Positions 9,292 to 18,627 of a DNA stretch of 64,000 nucleotides are shown in pieces. Numbering within the stretch: the stretch's first letter is position 1; each line of letters starts with the position of its first letter. The DNA lies in the NCBI GenBank assembly GCA_031373765.1, contig JANMNF010000024.1, forward strand, positions 4,780 to 68,779. The letters are read 5' to 3'. A program made the position numbers and the translations under genes. Source of the DNA: Chloroflexota bacterium. GTDB lineage: Bacteria; Chloroflexota; Limnocylindria; Limnocylindrales; CSP1-4. The notes under the pieces are model-generated. The model saw only the letters and a list, made by a program, of their open reading frames with translations, was not told the origin of the DNA and did not search any database.

Positions 9292-10868
9292 CGTCGCTCG
9301 ATCGACCTCCTCGCCCTATCGTTCTCATCGTCCTCGACGGGTTCGGGATCGGACGGAATCCCGAGGCCGACGCCATCAGGGCAGCCAGGATGCCCGTCTG
9401 GGCCGGCCTGCTTGATCGCTGGCCACACAGCGCGCTCGGGGCTTCGGAGGCGGCCGTCGGCCTTCCCGCGGGCCAGATGGGTAACTCCGAGGTCGGCCAC
9501 CTCAACATCGGGGCCGGCAGACCGGTGCTTCAGGATCTGCCGCGGATCGATGCGGCGATTACCGACGGTTCGTTCTTCGCCCGGCCCGCGTTGGTCGCGG
9601 CCTGCGAGCACGCGGTGGCGACGACGGGTCGGTTGTCGATCGTCGGTCTCATCGGCCCGGGTGGGGTCCACGCGAATGACCGCCATCTCGTCGCCCTCGC
9701 TGAACTTGCTGCTGCCCGCGGAGTCCCGTCGGTTCGGGTCCACGCGCTTCTGGACGGCCGGGACACGCCGCCGCAGTCGGCGCTGGGGTACCTCACGGAT
9801 CTCGAGGACCGGCTCGGATCCGCGCATCCCGATGTGCGGATCGCCTCGGTCGGCGGGCGGTACTTCGCCATGGATCGCGACGGGCGCTGGGATCGCGTCG
9901 AAGCCGGTTACGACGCCATCGTCCATGGAATCGGGCTCGGCGCTGCGACAGCGACGGAAGCCATCACGAATGCCTACGCACGCGGTGAAACGGACGAATT
10001 CGTCGTGCCCACCGTCATCGAGAGTGTCGACGGGGGCATTCGCGACGAGGAGGCGATCATCCACCTGAACTTTCGGGCCGATCGGGCGCGTCAGCTGACC
10101 CATGCACTGGCGGACGCCGAGTTCGACGCGTTCGATCGAGCGGGACCGGACGGTGCGCCCGCTTCGCGCGCCCTGGCCGTGACCACGATGACGTCGTACG
10201 AAGAGGGGCTGCGGGTCGCGGTGGCGTTTCCTCCGGAGGAGGCGCGTTCCCTGGCCGATGCCTGGTCCGAGGCGGGTCTGCGCCAGCTGCACGTCGCCGA
10301 GACCGAGAAGTACGCGCACGTGACCTACTTCTTCAACGGCGGAACGGAGGCCCCGCATCCGGGCGAGGATCGGATCCTGATCCCCAGCCCGCATGTCGCT
10401 ACCTACGACCTCGAGCCAGCGATGAGCGCTGCGGGCGTCACCGATGCCATCGTCGAAGCGATCGCTCGAGGCGAGCACGACGTGATCGTCGCCAATTTCG
10501 CGAACCCCGATATGGTCGGCCACACCGGCAACTGGCAGGCCACCATCGAGGCTCTCGAAGTCATCGACGGATGCCTGGGCCGGCTCGTGGCCGCGGTCGA
10601 GGCTGTCGAACGTGAGGATCCAGATGGGCCCGGCGCGATCCTCGCCATCACCGCCGATCACGGCAACGCGGATGAACTCCGCAATCCGGCCGGGCAGCCG
10701 GTGACGGCGCATTCACTGAACCCGGTCCCGTTCCTGATAGCCGGGCGGGCGGTCGAGGGTCGCCGCCTCGCAGACGGCGTCCTCGCCGATGTGGCTCCGA
10801 CGCTGCTGGAGCTGGGCGGGCTGCCGATGTGGCCCGAGATGTCCGGCCGCTCACTCCTGGTCCCGTGA
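9291..10868 (+). CDS. gpmI: 2,3-bisphosphoglycerate-independent phosphoglycerate mutase
   Basis: N-terminal IVLIVLDGFGIG and a metalloenzyme-domain ADHGN motif. GTG start overlaps the tpiA stop (GTGA). Confidence 0.8.
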   Translation, partial: TSLDRPPRPIVLIVLDGFGIGRNPEADAIRAARMPVWAGLLDRWPHSALGASEAAVGLPAGQMGNSEVGHLNIGAGRPVLQDLPRIDAAITDGSFFARPALVAACEHAVATTGRLSIVGLIGPGGVHANDRHLVALAELAAARGVPSVRVHALLDGRDTPPQSALGYLTDLEDRLGSAHPDVRIASVGGRYFAMDRDGRWDRVEAGYDAIVHGIGLGAATATEAITNAYARGETDEFVVPTVIESVDGGIRDEEAIIHLNFRADRARQLTHALADAEFDAFDRAGPDGAPASRALAVTTMTSYEEGLRVAVAFPPEEARSLADAWSEAGLRQLHVAETEKYAHVTYFFNGGTEAPHPGEDRILIPSPHVATYDLEPAMSAAGVTDAIVEAIARGEHDVIVANFANPDMVGHTGNWQATIEALEVIDGCLGRLVAAVEAVEREDPDGPGAILAITADHGNADELRNPAGQPVTAHSLNPVPFLIAGRAVEGRRLADGVLADVAPTLLELGGLPMWPEMSGRSLLVP

Positions 10869-10974
10869 TCCCGACCTGGGGCGCTTCCCGTGGTCCCGGC
10901 GCGACCTCCGTTCCCAGGGGAGCCGCTCACCCTGTGCTACCATCCGTCGCTGTCACTTTTGGAGGTCCAAACCC

Positions 10975-11205
10975 GTGAATCCCGTTCTGGCTGCGGGCCA
11001 GTTGATCGTTTCCGTCGCGCTGATCCTGTCGGTGATCCTCCAGGCGCGCGGGGCCGGGCTTTCGGGCGCCTTCGGTGGCGATTCGGCCGTTTTTCGCAGC
11101 CGCCGCGGGATCGAGCGGCGCCTCTGGCAGTTCACCATCGCCCTGCTTGTGCTGTTTGTGCTGTTCTCGATGACGTCGTACCTGCTCGACACATCGGTGG
11201 CGTAG
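10975..11205 (+). CDS. secG: preprotein translocase subunit SecG
   Basis: 76-aa two-TM protein with an LQARGAGLSGAFGG motif. GGAGG Shine-Dalgarno lies 10 nt upstream of the GTG start. Confidence 0.8.
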   Translation: MNPVLAAGQLIVSVALILSVILQARGAGLSGAFGGDSAVFRSRRGIERRLWQFTIALLVLFVLFSMTSYLLDTSVA

Positions 11206-11239
11206 CCGGCCCGTCGGGGCGACTCGCGGACTGAACGCG

Positions 11240-12976
11240 ATGCATATTCGAGATCGGGCGGTCATCGGGATCCTGTCCCTGGTTCTGGTCGGATTGACCG
11301 GGGTGGTCATCGCGCCGTCCTTTTCATCCCATGGCCCGAACGAGACGCCGACCATTACGCCCGCACCGGCCCATCCTTACGTCGAAGGAATTATTGGCTC
11401 TGCGCTCTCTGTCAGTCCGTTCAGTGCTCAATCGGTAGCGGAACGGCAGATCGTTGCGCTGCTCTTCCGGGGACTCGTTCGACTCGGACCCGACGACACG
11501 CTCGTCGGAGATCTCGCAGATCACTGGAGCGTTGACGCGAGCGGCGCAGCGTGGACCTTCCACCTGCGGCCGGGCTTGACCTGGCAGGATGGCGAGCCGA
11601 TCACATCCGAGGACGTCGTGTTCACCGTCAGCGCCCTCAGCGATCCGTCCTATACCGGCCCGGGAGCCTCGTCCTGGCAGGAGGTCACGGCGACCGCTGC
11701 CGATGCCCAGACCGTCACCCTGACCCTGACCACCCCGCTTGGCGGCTTCCTGCAGGCGGTCACCCAGGAAATCGCGCCGGCGCACCTGCTGGCCGGTGTC
11801 GCGCCGGGCGAATTGCCGACCGATCCCTTCGGTCGCAGGCCGGTGGGTTCCGGGGCCTTCCGTCTGGCCGCGCTCGATGACGCGCATGCGCTCCTCGTGC
11901 CCTACGTCAGCGACGCCCAGCCCGGCGAGCCGGAGGGACCGAACGCCGCATCGCCGCCACCGACCGACTCGCTCGCGACGCCGACGGCAACGGCGCCGGG
12001 CGGGGCCGCGCTGCCGTATCTCGACGGGATCGAATTCCGGTTCTACTCGGACGTCGATGCGTTGACTTCGGCCTGGGGCCTCGGGGAGATCGACGGCGCC
12101 GTCGGGCTGCCTTCCGACGTAGCGGCGCGACTCGCTGCGGGCGGTGGAGCGCACCTCGTTGAGTACCCGTCGACGACGCTCTTTGCCGTGACCCTGAATC
12201 TTCGGCCAAGTCATAGCGAGTTCCGGGACCCAGCGGTGCGGCGGGCCCTCCTCGAGGCCATCGATCGGGACGCCATCGTCCGGGACATCCTGGGTGGCCT
12301 CGCGACCCGCGCGGACGGTCCGATCCCCCGGTCCAGCTGGGCATTCGACCCGGCGGCGTCACCAGCCGTGCCGTTCGATGCGGAGGCCGCCAAGGCCGGC
12401 CTCGCTGCCGCCGGCTGGAAGCAGGCAGATGGTGGTGGCTGGGTACCGAAGGGCGGTAAGGATCCGCTGACGATCGAGATTCTGAGCCCCCAGGCGGAGG
12501 CCAATCCGGCTGCCTATGCGATTGCCGACGCCGTCGCCGCGGCCTGGACATCGATCGGGCTCGACGTCGCCCACACTGCGCTCGCGGGTGCCGAGTTCGT
12601 GGGCGAGCATCTGCAAAGCGGCGACTTCTCGGTTGCCGTGACCGGTACCACCATCGGGCTCGATCCAGACCTGTATCCGCTGCTCGCCTCGAGCCAGACG
12701 ACCCTGCATGGCTCCAACTACAGCGGTCTCCAGGATGCCGATCTTGACGCCCTGCTTGTGCGCGCCCGCGCTCCAGGTCCTGACGCCGCTCGGCTGGCTG
12801 CCTATGTGGCCCTGCAGACCAAGCTTGCAGCCGGCACCTACGTCCTCCCGATCGCCTTCGCGGACGTCGTCGTGGTGGTCCGTGACACGCTCACGGGACC
12901 ACGTCCGAGGCCCATCGGAGCCCCTGGGGACCGGTTCTGGGATGTGCTAACATGGCGCCTCGCTGCGACCCGGTGA
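11240..12976 (+). CDS. ABC transporter substrate-binding protein, family 5 (peptide/nickel type), orphan
   Basis: Signal peptide and a ~578-aa solute-binding fold typical of SBP family 5. No permease or ATPase genes are adjacent. Confidence 0.6.
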   Translation: MHIRDRAVIGILSLVLVGLTGVVIAPSFSSHGPNETPTITPAPAHPYVEGIIGSALSVSPFSAQSVAERQIVALLFRGLVRLGPDDTLVGDLADHWSVDASGAAWTFHLRPGLTWQDGEPITSEDVVFTVSALSDPSYTGPGASSWQEVTATAADAQTVTLTLTTPLGGFLQAVTQEIAPAHLLAGVAPGELPTDPFGRRPVGSGAFRLAALDDAHALLVPYVSDAQPGEPEGPNAASPPPTDSLATPTATAPGGAALPYLDGIEFRFYSDVDALTSAWGLGEIDGAVGLPSDVAARLAAGGGAHLVEYPSTTLFAVTLNLRPSHSEFRDPAVRRALLEAIDRDAIVRDILGGLATRADGPIPRSSWAFDPAASPAVPFDAEAAKAGLAAAGWKQADGGGWVPKGGKDPLTIEILSPQAEANPAAYAIADAVAAAWTSIGLDVAHTALAGAEFVGEHLQSGDFSVAVTGTTIGLDPDLYPLLASSQTTLHGSNYSGLQDADLDALLVRARAPGPDAARLAAYVALQTKLAAGTYVLPIAFADVVVVVRDTLTGPRPRPIGAPGDRFWDVLTWRLAATR

Positions 12977-13004
12977 GCTCGGCAAACCGGCTCGATTGAT
13001 CCAC

Positions 13005-13091
13005 GCCGAGGTGGCGAAATTGGCAGACGCGCTAGCTTCAGGAGCTAGTGCCCGCAAGGGCATATGGGTTCAAGTCCCTTCCTCGGTACCA
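13005..13091 (+). tRNA. tRNA-Leu (anticodon CAG)
   Basis: Cloverleaf with acceptor gccgagg/cctcggt, anticodon stem ctagc/gctag, loop ttCAGga and a long variable arm. Encodes CCA. Confidence 0.85.
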
Positions 13092-13139
13092 CCTCCTCGG
13101 AGCCCTCTCGGATCCATCGAACCCGGCGAAACACCTGAT

Positions 13140-13224
13140 GCCCAGGTGGCGGAATTGGTATACGCGTACGTTTGAGGGGCGTATGAGGCAACTCATCCGG
13201 GTTCAAGTCCCGGCCTGGGCACCA
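13140..13224 (+). tRNA. tRNA-Leu (anticodon GAG)
   Basis: Acceptor gcccagg/cctgggc, anticodon loop ttGAGgg, long variable arm, CCA end. Confidence 0.8.
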
Positions 13225-13264
13225 TTCTTCTCCTGATCCATCCGGCGCCTTCGGGCGCCCGCCA

Positions 13265-13341
13265 GGGCGGTTAGCTCAGTTGGTCAGAGCGCCTCGTTTA
13301 CACCGAGGAAGTCACTGGTTCGAGTCCAGTACCGCCCACCA
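13265..13341 (+). tRNA. tRNA-Val (anticodon TAC)
   Basis: Acceptor gggcggt/accgccc, anticodon stem cctcg/cgagg, loop ttTACac, GGTTCGAGTCC T-loop, CCA end. Confidence 0.9.
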
Positions 13342-13451
13342 CGCAGTGTCGGTCGACCGATAGCCGGACCCGGATTGCGGCCCTGCTAGACTGGCCAAGG
13401 ACGGGGTCGACCGAGCGTGCAGCCCGGGATCCCAGTCGCGTGGAGAATTCA

Positions 13452-14015
13452 ATGGAACTGCTCATCGTCGTCGGGATCATCGTGGTCCTCGCCGTCTTCG
13501 TGATCGGGATCTACAACGGTCTCATCGGCCGTCGCAACCGGGTCGACGAGGCGCTCGCCCAGATCGAGGTCCAGCTGAAGCGCCGCCATGACCTCATTCC
13601 GAATCTCGTGAATGCCGTCAAGGGCTACATGGGCTTCGAGCAGAGCGTCCTGACCAAGGTCACCGAAGCCCGCGCCAACGCCGTCTCAGCCGGCGCCCAG
13701 GGCGTCGCAGCCCAGGCCCAGGCCGAGAACGCGCTGACCTCCACCCTGCGGTCCCTGTTCGCGGTCGTCGAGAATTACCCCGAGCTCAAGGCCAACCAGA
13801 ACGTCCTGGAGCTCCAGGAGCAGCTGACGACCACGGAGAATCAGATCTCATTCAGCCGCCAGCACTACAACGCGACGGTCCTCGACTACAACACGGCGAT
13901 CCAGACCTTCCCGGCGTTGATCTTCGCGGGGATGTTCGGCTTCACCAAGCGCGACTTCTTCGACGCTGAGCCCGAGGCCGCCAATGTTCCCAACGTGGAC
14001 CTGAGCCTCAGCTGA
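13452..14015 (+). CDS. lemA: LemA family membrane protein
   Basis: N-terminal TM helix and the LemA signature RRNRVDEALAQIEVQLKRRHDLIPNLV. Paired with a downstream htpX, as is common. Confidence 0.8.
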   Translation: MELLIVVGIIVVLAVFVIGIYNGLIGRRNRVDEALAQIEVQLKRRHDLIPNLVNAVKGYMGFEQSVLTKVTEARANAVSAGAQGVAAQAQAENALTSTLRSLFAVVENYPELKANQNVLELQEQLTTTENQISFSRQHYNATVLDYNTAIQTFPALIFAGMFGFTKRDFFDAEPEAANVPNVDLSLS

Positions 14016-14055
14016 TCGAAGGGCGGGCCTCCCGGCCCGGGTAACTGGCACCTAC

Positions 14056-15036
14056 ATGGCTGCATCGACCTTCTTCGCCCAGCAGGCGGCCAACCGCCGG
14101 AACTCGTTTCTTCTGGCCGTCCTCGTCAGCCTCCTGCTCGGGGCGCTCGGCTTCGCGATCGGCTACGCACTGACGGGCGATTCGGTCGGGGGCATCGGAA
14201 CCACCGTCGTCGCCCTGATCATCGGCATCGTGGCCTCCCTTGGGAGCTACTTCGCCGGCGACAAGCTCGTGCTGGCGGCATCGAACGCCAAGAAGACCGA
14301 TGCGTCCAGGACGCCCCAATTGGTCAATGTCGTCCAGGAACTGGCGCTCGCCGCGAACATTCCGATGCCGGCGGTCTACCTGATCGAGGACACCGCACCC
14401 AACGCGTTCGCCACGGGTCGGGATCCGAAGCACGCGTCCATTGCCATCACGACCGGACTCCTCCAGAAGCTCGACCGCGAGGAACTCCAGGGCGTGATCG
14501 GCCACGAGCTGTCCCACGTCCGGAACCTCGACATCCGATTCTCGCTTCTGGTCGGCGTCCTGGTGGGCTCGGTCGCCCTGCTGTCCCACTTCTTCCTTCG
14601 ATTCACGATGTTCGGCGGGGGCCGACGGTCCGGTGGGGATCGGGATCGAGGGGGTGGGGGACTCCAGGCGATCATGTTCGTCATTGCGATCGTCCTGGCG
14701 ATCGTTGCGCCGATCGCGGCCCGGATGGTCCAACTCGCGGTCAGCCGCCAGCGTGAGTACCTGGCCGATGCTTCATCGGTCGAGTTGACCCGCAATCCAG
14801 CCGGCCTCGAGCGGGCGCTGGCCAAGATCGCCACGGACAAGGAGGTCCTCGAGGTCGCCAACCCGGCCACACAGCACCTGTTCTTCACAAACCCGATCAA
14901 GAAGTTCGAGGAGCGCTCGAGCTCGATGTTCTCGACCCACCCCGCGATCGTGGACCGCATCAACCGGCTGCGATCACTGGCCGGGGAAGCCCCGCTCCAG
15001 TCGGCGGACATCGCCGCCCTGGTGGGACTCAGCTGA
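14056..15036 (+). CDS. htpX: zinc metalloprotease HtpX (M48 family)
   Basis: HELSHV (HEXXH) motif and multiple TM segments. Classic LemA-HtpX gene pair. Confidence 0.8.
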   Translation: MAASTFFAQQAANRRNSFLLAVLVSLLLGALGFAIGYALTGDSVGGIGTTVVALIIGIVASLGSYFAGDKLVLAASNAKKTDASRTPQLVNVVQELALAANIPMPAVYLIEDTAPNAFATGRDPKHASIAITTGLLQKLDREELQGVIGHELSHVRNLDIRFSLLVGVLVGSVALLSHFFLRFTMFGGGRRSGGDRDRGGGGLQAIMFVIAIVLAIVAPIAARMVQLAVSRQREYLADASSVELTRNPAGLERALAKIATDKEVLEVANPATQHLFFTNPIKKFEERSSSMFSTHPAIVDRINRLRSLAGEAPLQSADIAALVGLS

Positions 15037-15153
15037 TCGGCGAGAACGGCGCGTCGTCATGGGTCCGCCGCGGCCCGTGGTTTGCCGCTCCGGAAAGGCC
15101 CGTGCTATTCTCCGGCACGCCGTCGGGCCGATGGGTCCCGCAAGGTCCACCGG

Positions 15154-15229
15154 GCCGAGATAGCTCAGTTGGTAGAGCACGCGACTGAAAATCGCGGTGT
15201 CGCCAGTTCGAATCTGGCTCTCGGCACCA
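15154..15229 (+). tRNA. tRNA-Phe (anticodon GAA)
   Basis: Acceptor gccgaga/tctcggc, anticodon stem cgcga/tcgcg, loop ctGAAaa, CCA end. Confidence 0.9.
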
Positions 15230-15253
15230 TCACGGTGCGCGCAGCAACTCCGA

Positions 15254-15329
15254 GCGGAAGTGGCTCAGCTGGTAGAGCATCACCTTGCCAAGGTGAGGGT
15301 CGCGGGTTCGAATCCCGTCTTCCGCTCCA
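15254..15329 (+). tRNA. tRNA-Gly (anticodon GCC)
   Basis: Acceptor gcggaag/cttccgc, anticodon loop ttGCCaa, GGTTCGAATCC T-loop, CCA end. Confidence 0.9.
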
Positions 15330-15387
15330 TTTCTTTGCCCGCGACGAGGTCGCGCGCAGCGCGAACCTTTTCGTGCTCGTTGGAACG

Positions 15388-18198
15388 CTAGGGCGAAGTA
15401 GTGACGATGAGCTGCGGCCGCGAAGCGATCGCGCCTTCCTTCGACACGTAGTCGGCCCCGTCGGAGGACGGCGTCGTGATTCGCAGGGTGTAGGTGCCAT
15501 CGCCGAGGATCACGGACGACAGGTCGATCTCGTAGGTCGTGCCGACCACCACCGCGCCGAGCGACGCGAAGATCGCTCCTGCTGCCGGGGCCGTGTTCCA
15601 GGTCACCGTGCTCTCGGTCCATGTCGTGGCGGCCGTGAGCGTGAAGTCTCCGCCGCGTGACGAGGGATCGACGCAGGTCAGGCGGAGTTTCGCCGCGGTC
15701 ACTGCGCCCGTTCCGACCCCGCTGACGGTGAACCGGATCAGGATGTTCTTGATCGGGCTGTTATCGACCTCAAGTTTCACGGCAGCGCCGTAGTTCGTCG
15801 CCGATCCCGAGTAGATCGACGCGTCGGCATCGGGCGCGAAGGTCAGTGTGGCCGCAATCGGGACCGTGACGGTGGCGGGCAGCGAGGCCGCCGACGGGTT
15901 GCCGGCCGTGTCGTACGCGATCACGGTGTACGAGTACGTGGCGCCGCTCGCCACCGTTGTGTCGGTGAAGGCGGCTGTAGTCGTCGTACCAACGGCCAGG
16001 CCGTCGCGCAAGACGGCGTAGTTCCGCAGGGCGACGTTGTCGGTGCTGGGGGCCCAGGTCAGGCTCACCCGTCCTGGGACGGCGGTATCCGCGATGGGCA
16101 CGCCCGGTGTCGATGGAGGCTCGCGGTCGGCGTCAGCCTGCGCGCCCGAGACGATCGAGAACGCGTCCGTCGCCGTGCCGGTCGTCGGAACGAACCGGGC
16201 GTCGATCCTGCCGGCCGACACGGTGTACTGCGTGTAGCCGTTGGTCGTCGAGTCGAGCTTCGCGAAGTACGGGGCCTCAGGGTCGAGCGAGCTCACGGGG
16301 TAGAGGCTCTGGCCGAAGGTGCCACTGATGACGTCGATCGTGCCGGCACCTTTCGGGTAGATGCCGTCCAAGCCGTCGTCGACGACGCACGCGGGCGTAT
16401 AGCCGGTGCCGGCGATGCTGGGACAGGTCACGGGATCGAGGGCGAGCTGCTTGCCTCGCTGGTAATTGTGGTCGTGCCCGTGCAGGACCAGATCGACACG
16501 CTTGCTGACCAGCAGGTTCATCAACGGCGGCCCCTCGGCGCACGGGTACTGACCCGCCGACAGGCACGGATAGTGCATGCCCACGATCACCCACGGGATA
16601 CCGGCTGCGCGCGCCGAATCGATCTGGCTTTCGAGCCAGTTGTAGTGCGTGTTGCCAGGTACGTAGTGATAAGCGACGCCGGCTACGGTGAGCTCCGGCG
16701 AGATCATGATGATCCGCGCGAGCGGCGTGGTAGCCGGGTAGTCGACCGCGTATTCGGCGCCGTAGATGCTGCCTGGGCCGGCGGTCGCGCCGAGTCGATC
16801 AGGGAGGCAGGCGGCGAAGTTCTGGATCGAGCCGTTCGGGCCCGTGTCGGACTCGTGGTTGCCGGTCACGACCTCGAAGGGGTAGAGCGCTCCCTTCGTG
16901 GGGAGGTTCGTATGAACGTAATCGCACCAGGCCTGGTCTGTCGGTGTCTGGTCATAGTCCATGTCGCCCAGTGCGAGGTAAAAGTCAGCTGGTGAGGCAT
17001 CCAGCGACGCGAGGCTGGCCAGCGCCTTGACGTTGGCGCCGTGATCGCCTGAGGCGGCAAACGTGAACGACGATGGCACGTTCGGCGTCGTCGCGGAGGC
17101 CGAATCCGATGGATCCGAACGATGGCCTGCCGCGTCGAGCGCAACCACGCTGTAGGACACGGTGGCGCCCGCAGCAACGGTCGTGTCCACGAAGCCGGTG
17201 GACGTCGAGGCTCCGATCATGACGGCATCCCGCTGCACCTCGTACGAGGTGACAGCGACGTCGTCAGTCGAGGCCACCCAGGCCAGCGTCACGCGCTGTG
17301 GGCCATTGACGGTAGCCGTGAGGCCGGTCGGTGCTGTCGGAGGCTGGGTGTCGACGATGTTTGCGACCGTGACGCTCACTGGCGCCGCGACTCCCACGTT
17401 CCCGGCGGCGTCGCGGGCGCTTGCAGTCACCGCGTGCGTGCCGTTGGCTGCCGCCGTCGTATCCCACGGGATTTCGTACGGGGCGGTCGTATCCGAGCCG
17501 ATCGCGATCCCATCGATCGCGATGTCGACGGCCGTGACCGCGACATCGTCCGAAGCATTGACCGTGACCGAGGTCGTGCCCGTCAGGGTGGCACCGGCAG
17601 CCGGCGCGGTGATCGATGCGGTCGGGTTCGTGATGTCGATCGTCTGGGCCGTGGTGACCACGAGCTGCGGCCGTTGGGCCGTCGTGCCCTCTCGCGATGT
17701 GTAGGCGGCGCCGTCCGCAGAGGTCGAAGTGATTCTAACCGAGAACGTGCCGTCGCCGGTGATCAGGGGGGTCACGTCGAAGTCGGCCCAGGTACCGGTA
17801 ACCGCATTCGTCAGCGTTACCAGGGGTGCCGTGTCGGCCGCCGGAGCCGTCGCCCAGGTCACGGACTCGGTCCAGGTCTGGGATGTAACTCGATAGACGC
17901 TGCCCGCGACCGGCGAAGGATTGGTCACGTACATCCGCAGCGACGCGTGCGTGACGGCGTCCGTCGCGACGCCCGCGACGGTGAACCGAAGGAGCGCGTG
18001 CTGGATCGGCGAGTTGTCGACGGTCAGCGTCGAGGCCGTGCCGTAGGATCGCGTGGGACGATCCGCACGAATCGTCGCGTCCGCGACCGGGGCAAAGGTG
18101 ATGGTGCGGCTGATGCCCGTCGTTGGATCGACGGCTACAACGTTGGCAACGAGGGCCATAACCACTGCGAAACCGGTCATTCGACGATCGAGACGCAT
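15388..18198 (-). CDS. secreted multi-domain metallophosphoesterase (purple-acid-phosphatase-like) with Ig-like/FN3 domains and duplicated terminal beta-sandwich (DNRLRE/CBM-like) domains
   Basis: Signal peptide MRLDRRMTGFAVVMALVANVVA. Central calcineurin-like motifs GDMDYD, GNHE and VLHGHDHNYQRG, with FN3-like modules either side. N- and C-terminal ~170-aa domains are mutually similar (…VDNSPI…WTES.VTW.TAP…RPQL.VTT). Start chosen at MRLDR (18198); the ORF track extends to 18294. Confidence 0.7.
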   Translation of the reverse strand: MRLDRRMTGFAVVMALVANVVAVDPTTGISRTITFAPVADATIRADRPTRSYGTASTLTVDNSPIQHALLRFTVAGVATDAVTHASLRMYVTNPSPVAGSVYRVTSQTWTESVTWATAPAADTAPLVTLTNAVTGTWADFDVTPLITGDGTFSVRITSTSADGAAYTSREGTTAQRPQLVVTTAQTIDITNPTASITAPAAGATLTGTTSVTVNASDDVAVTAVDIAIDGIAIGSDTTAPYEIPWDTTAAANGTHAVTASARDAAGNVGVAAPVSVTVANIVDTQPPTAPTGLTATVNGPQRVTLAWVASTDDVAVTSYEVQRDAVMIGASTSTGFVDTTVAAGATVSYSVVALDAAGHRSDPSDSASATTPNVPSSFTFAASGDHGANVKALASLASLDASPADFYLALGDMDYDQTPTDQAWCDYVHTNLPTKGALYPFEVVTGNHESDTGPNGSIQNFAACLPDRLGATAGPGSIYGAEYAVDYPATTPLARIIMISPELTVAGVAYHYVPGNTHYNWLESQIDSARAAGIPWVIVGMHYPCLSAGQYPCAEGPPLMNLLVSKRVDLVLHGHDHNYQRGKQLALDPVTCPSIAGTGYTPACVVDDGLDGIYPKGAGTIDVISGTFGQSLYPVSSLDPEAPYFAKLDSTTNGYTQYTVSAGRIDARFVPTTGTATDAFSIVSGAQADADREPPSTPGVPIADTAVPGRVSLTWAPSTDNVALRNYAVLRDGLAVGTTTTAAFTDTTVASGATYSYTVIAYDTAGNPSAASLPATVTVPIAATLTFAPDADASIYSGSATNYGAAVKLEVDNSPIKNILIRFTVSGVGTGAVTAAKLRLTCVDPSSRGGDFTLTAATTWTESTVTWNTAPAAGAIFASLGAVVVGTTYEIDLSSVILGDGTYTLRITTPSSDGADYVSKEGAIASRPQLIVTTSP

Positions 18199-18418
18199 GA
18201 GCCCCCTTCCGGCGTGCGACCACCACCGGACCCGGTGCACATTAGCACCACAAACGAGTGGAGTACAGGTTCGGCGCCGCGGTTCGTAGTCCAACTACGG
18301 CTCACCGGGCGGCGCAGGCACGAGGCTGCGGTACCATCCCGGAGCGATCCGCACGGCCAACTGCGAGCCTGCCCGGGAGGCCCCGGCGAGCCGCCCGAAC
18401 GCCGTCCGGACGATCGGA

Positions 18419-18492
18419 TGCCCCTTCGTCTAGTGGTAGGACAGCGGACTTTGAATCCGTTTGGCGAGGTTCGAATCCTCGAGGGGCAGCCA
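18419..18492 (+). tRNA. tRNA-Gln (anticodon TTG)
   Basis: Acceptor tgcccct/aggggca, anticodon stem gcgga/tccgt, loop ctTTGaa, T-arm cgagg-ttcgaat-cctcg, CCA end. Confidence 0.85.
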
Positions 18493-18627
18493 TTCCTATC
18501 CGCGGATCCATGCCGTGAGGCCGTGGCTGCGGCATACCTCCCTGCCGGTTGTGATGTTGGCGGCCAGGGACGTAACAGAGGATGATCTGAAGCGTCTCCA
18601 CGAGTGCACCGTCGGGAGGATTGTGGG

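Noticed and set aside
13048-13236. 62-aa plus-strand ORF. Similar ORFs at 15082-15660, 15165-15500(-) and 15230-15622(-) overlap tRNA-Phe and tRNA-Gly.
   Set aside because: It lies entirely within or across tRNA genes, so it is an artefact of six-frame translation.
15330-15387. cgcgac-gag-gtcgcg hairpin (15340-15354) between tRNA-Gly and the convergent phosphoesterase gene, considered as a bidirectional terminator.
   Set aside because: The stem is only 6 bp with a 3-nt loop, and no U-run immediately follows on either strand. Not well enough supported to call as a feature.
17122-18585. 487-aa plus-strand ORF antisense to the large phosphoesterase gene that also runs across tRNA-Gln.
   Set aside because: It reads straight through a tRNA gene. 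The product is Arg/Gly-rich low complexity, typical of a GC-rich shadow ORF.
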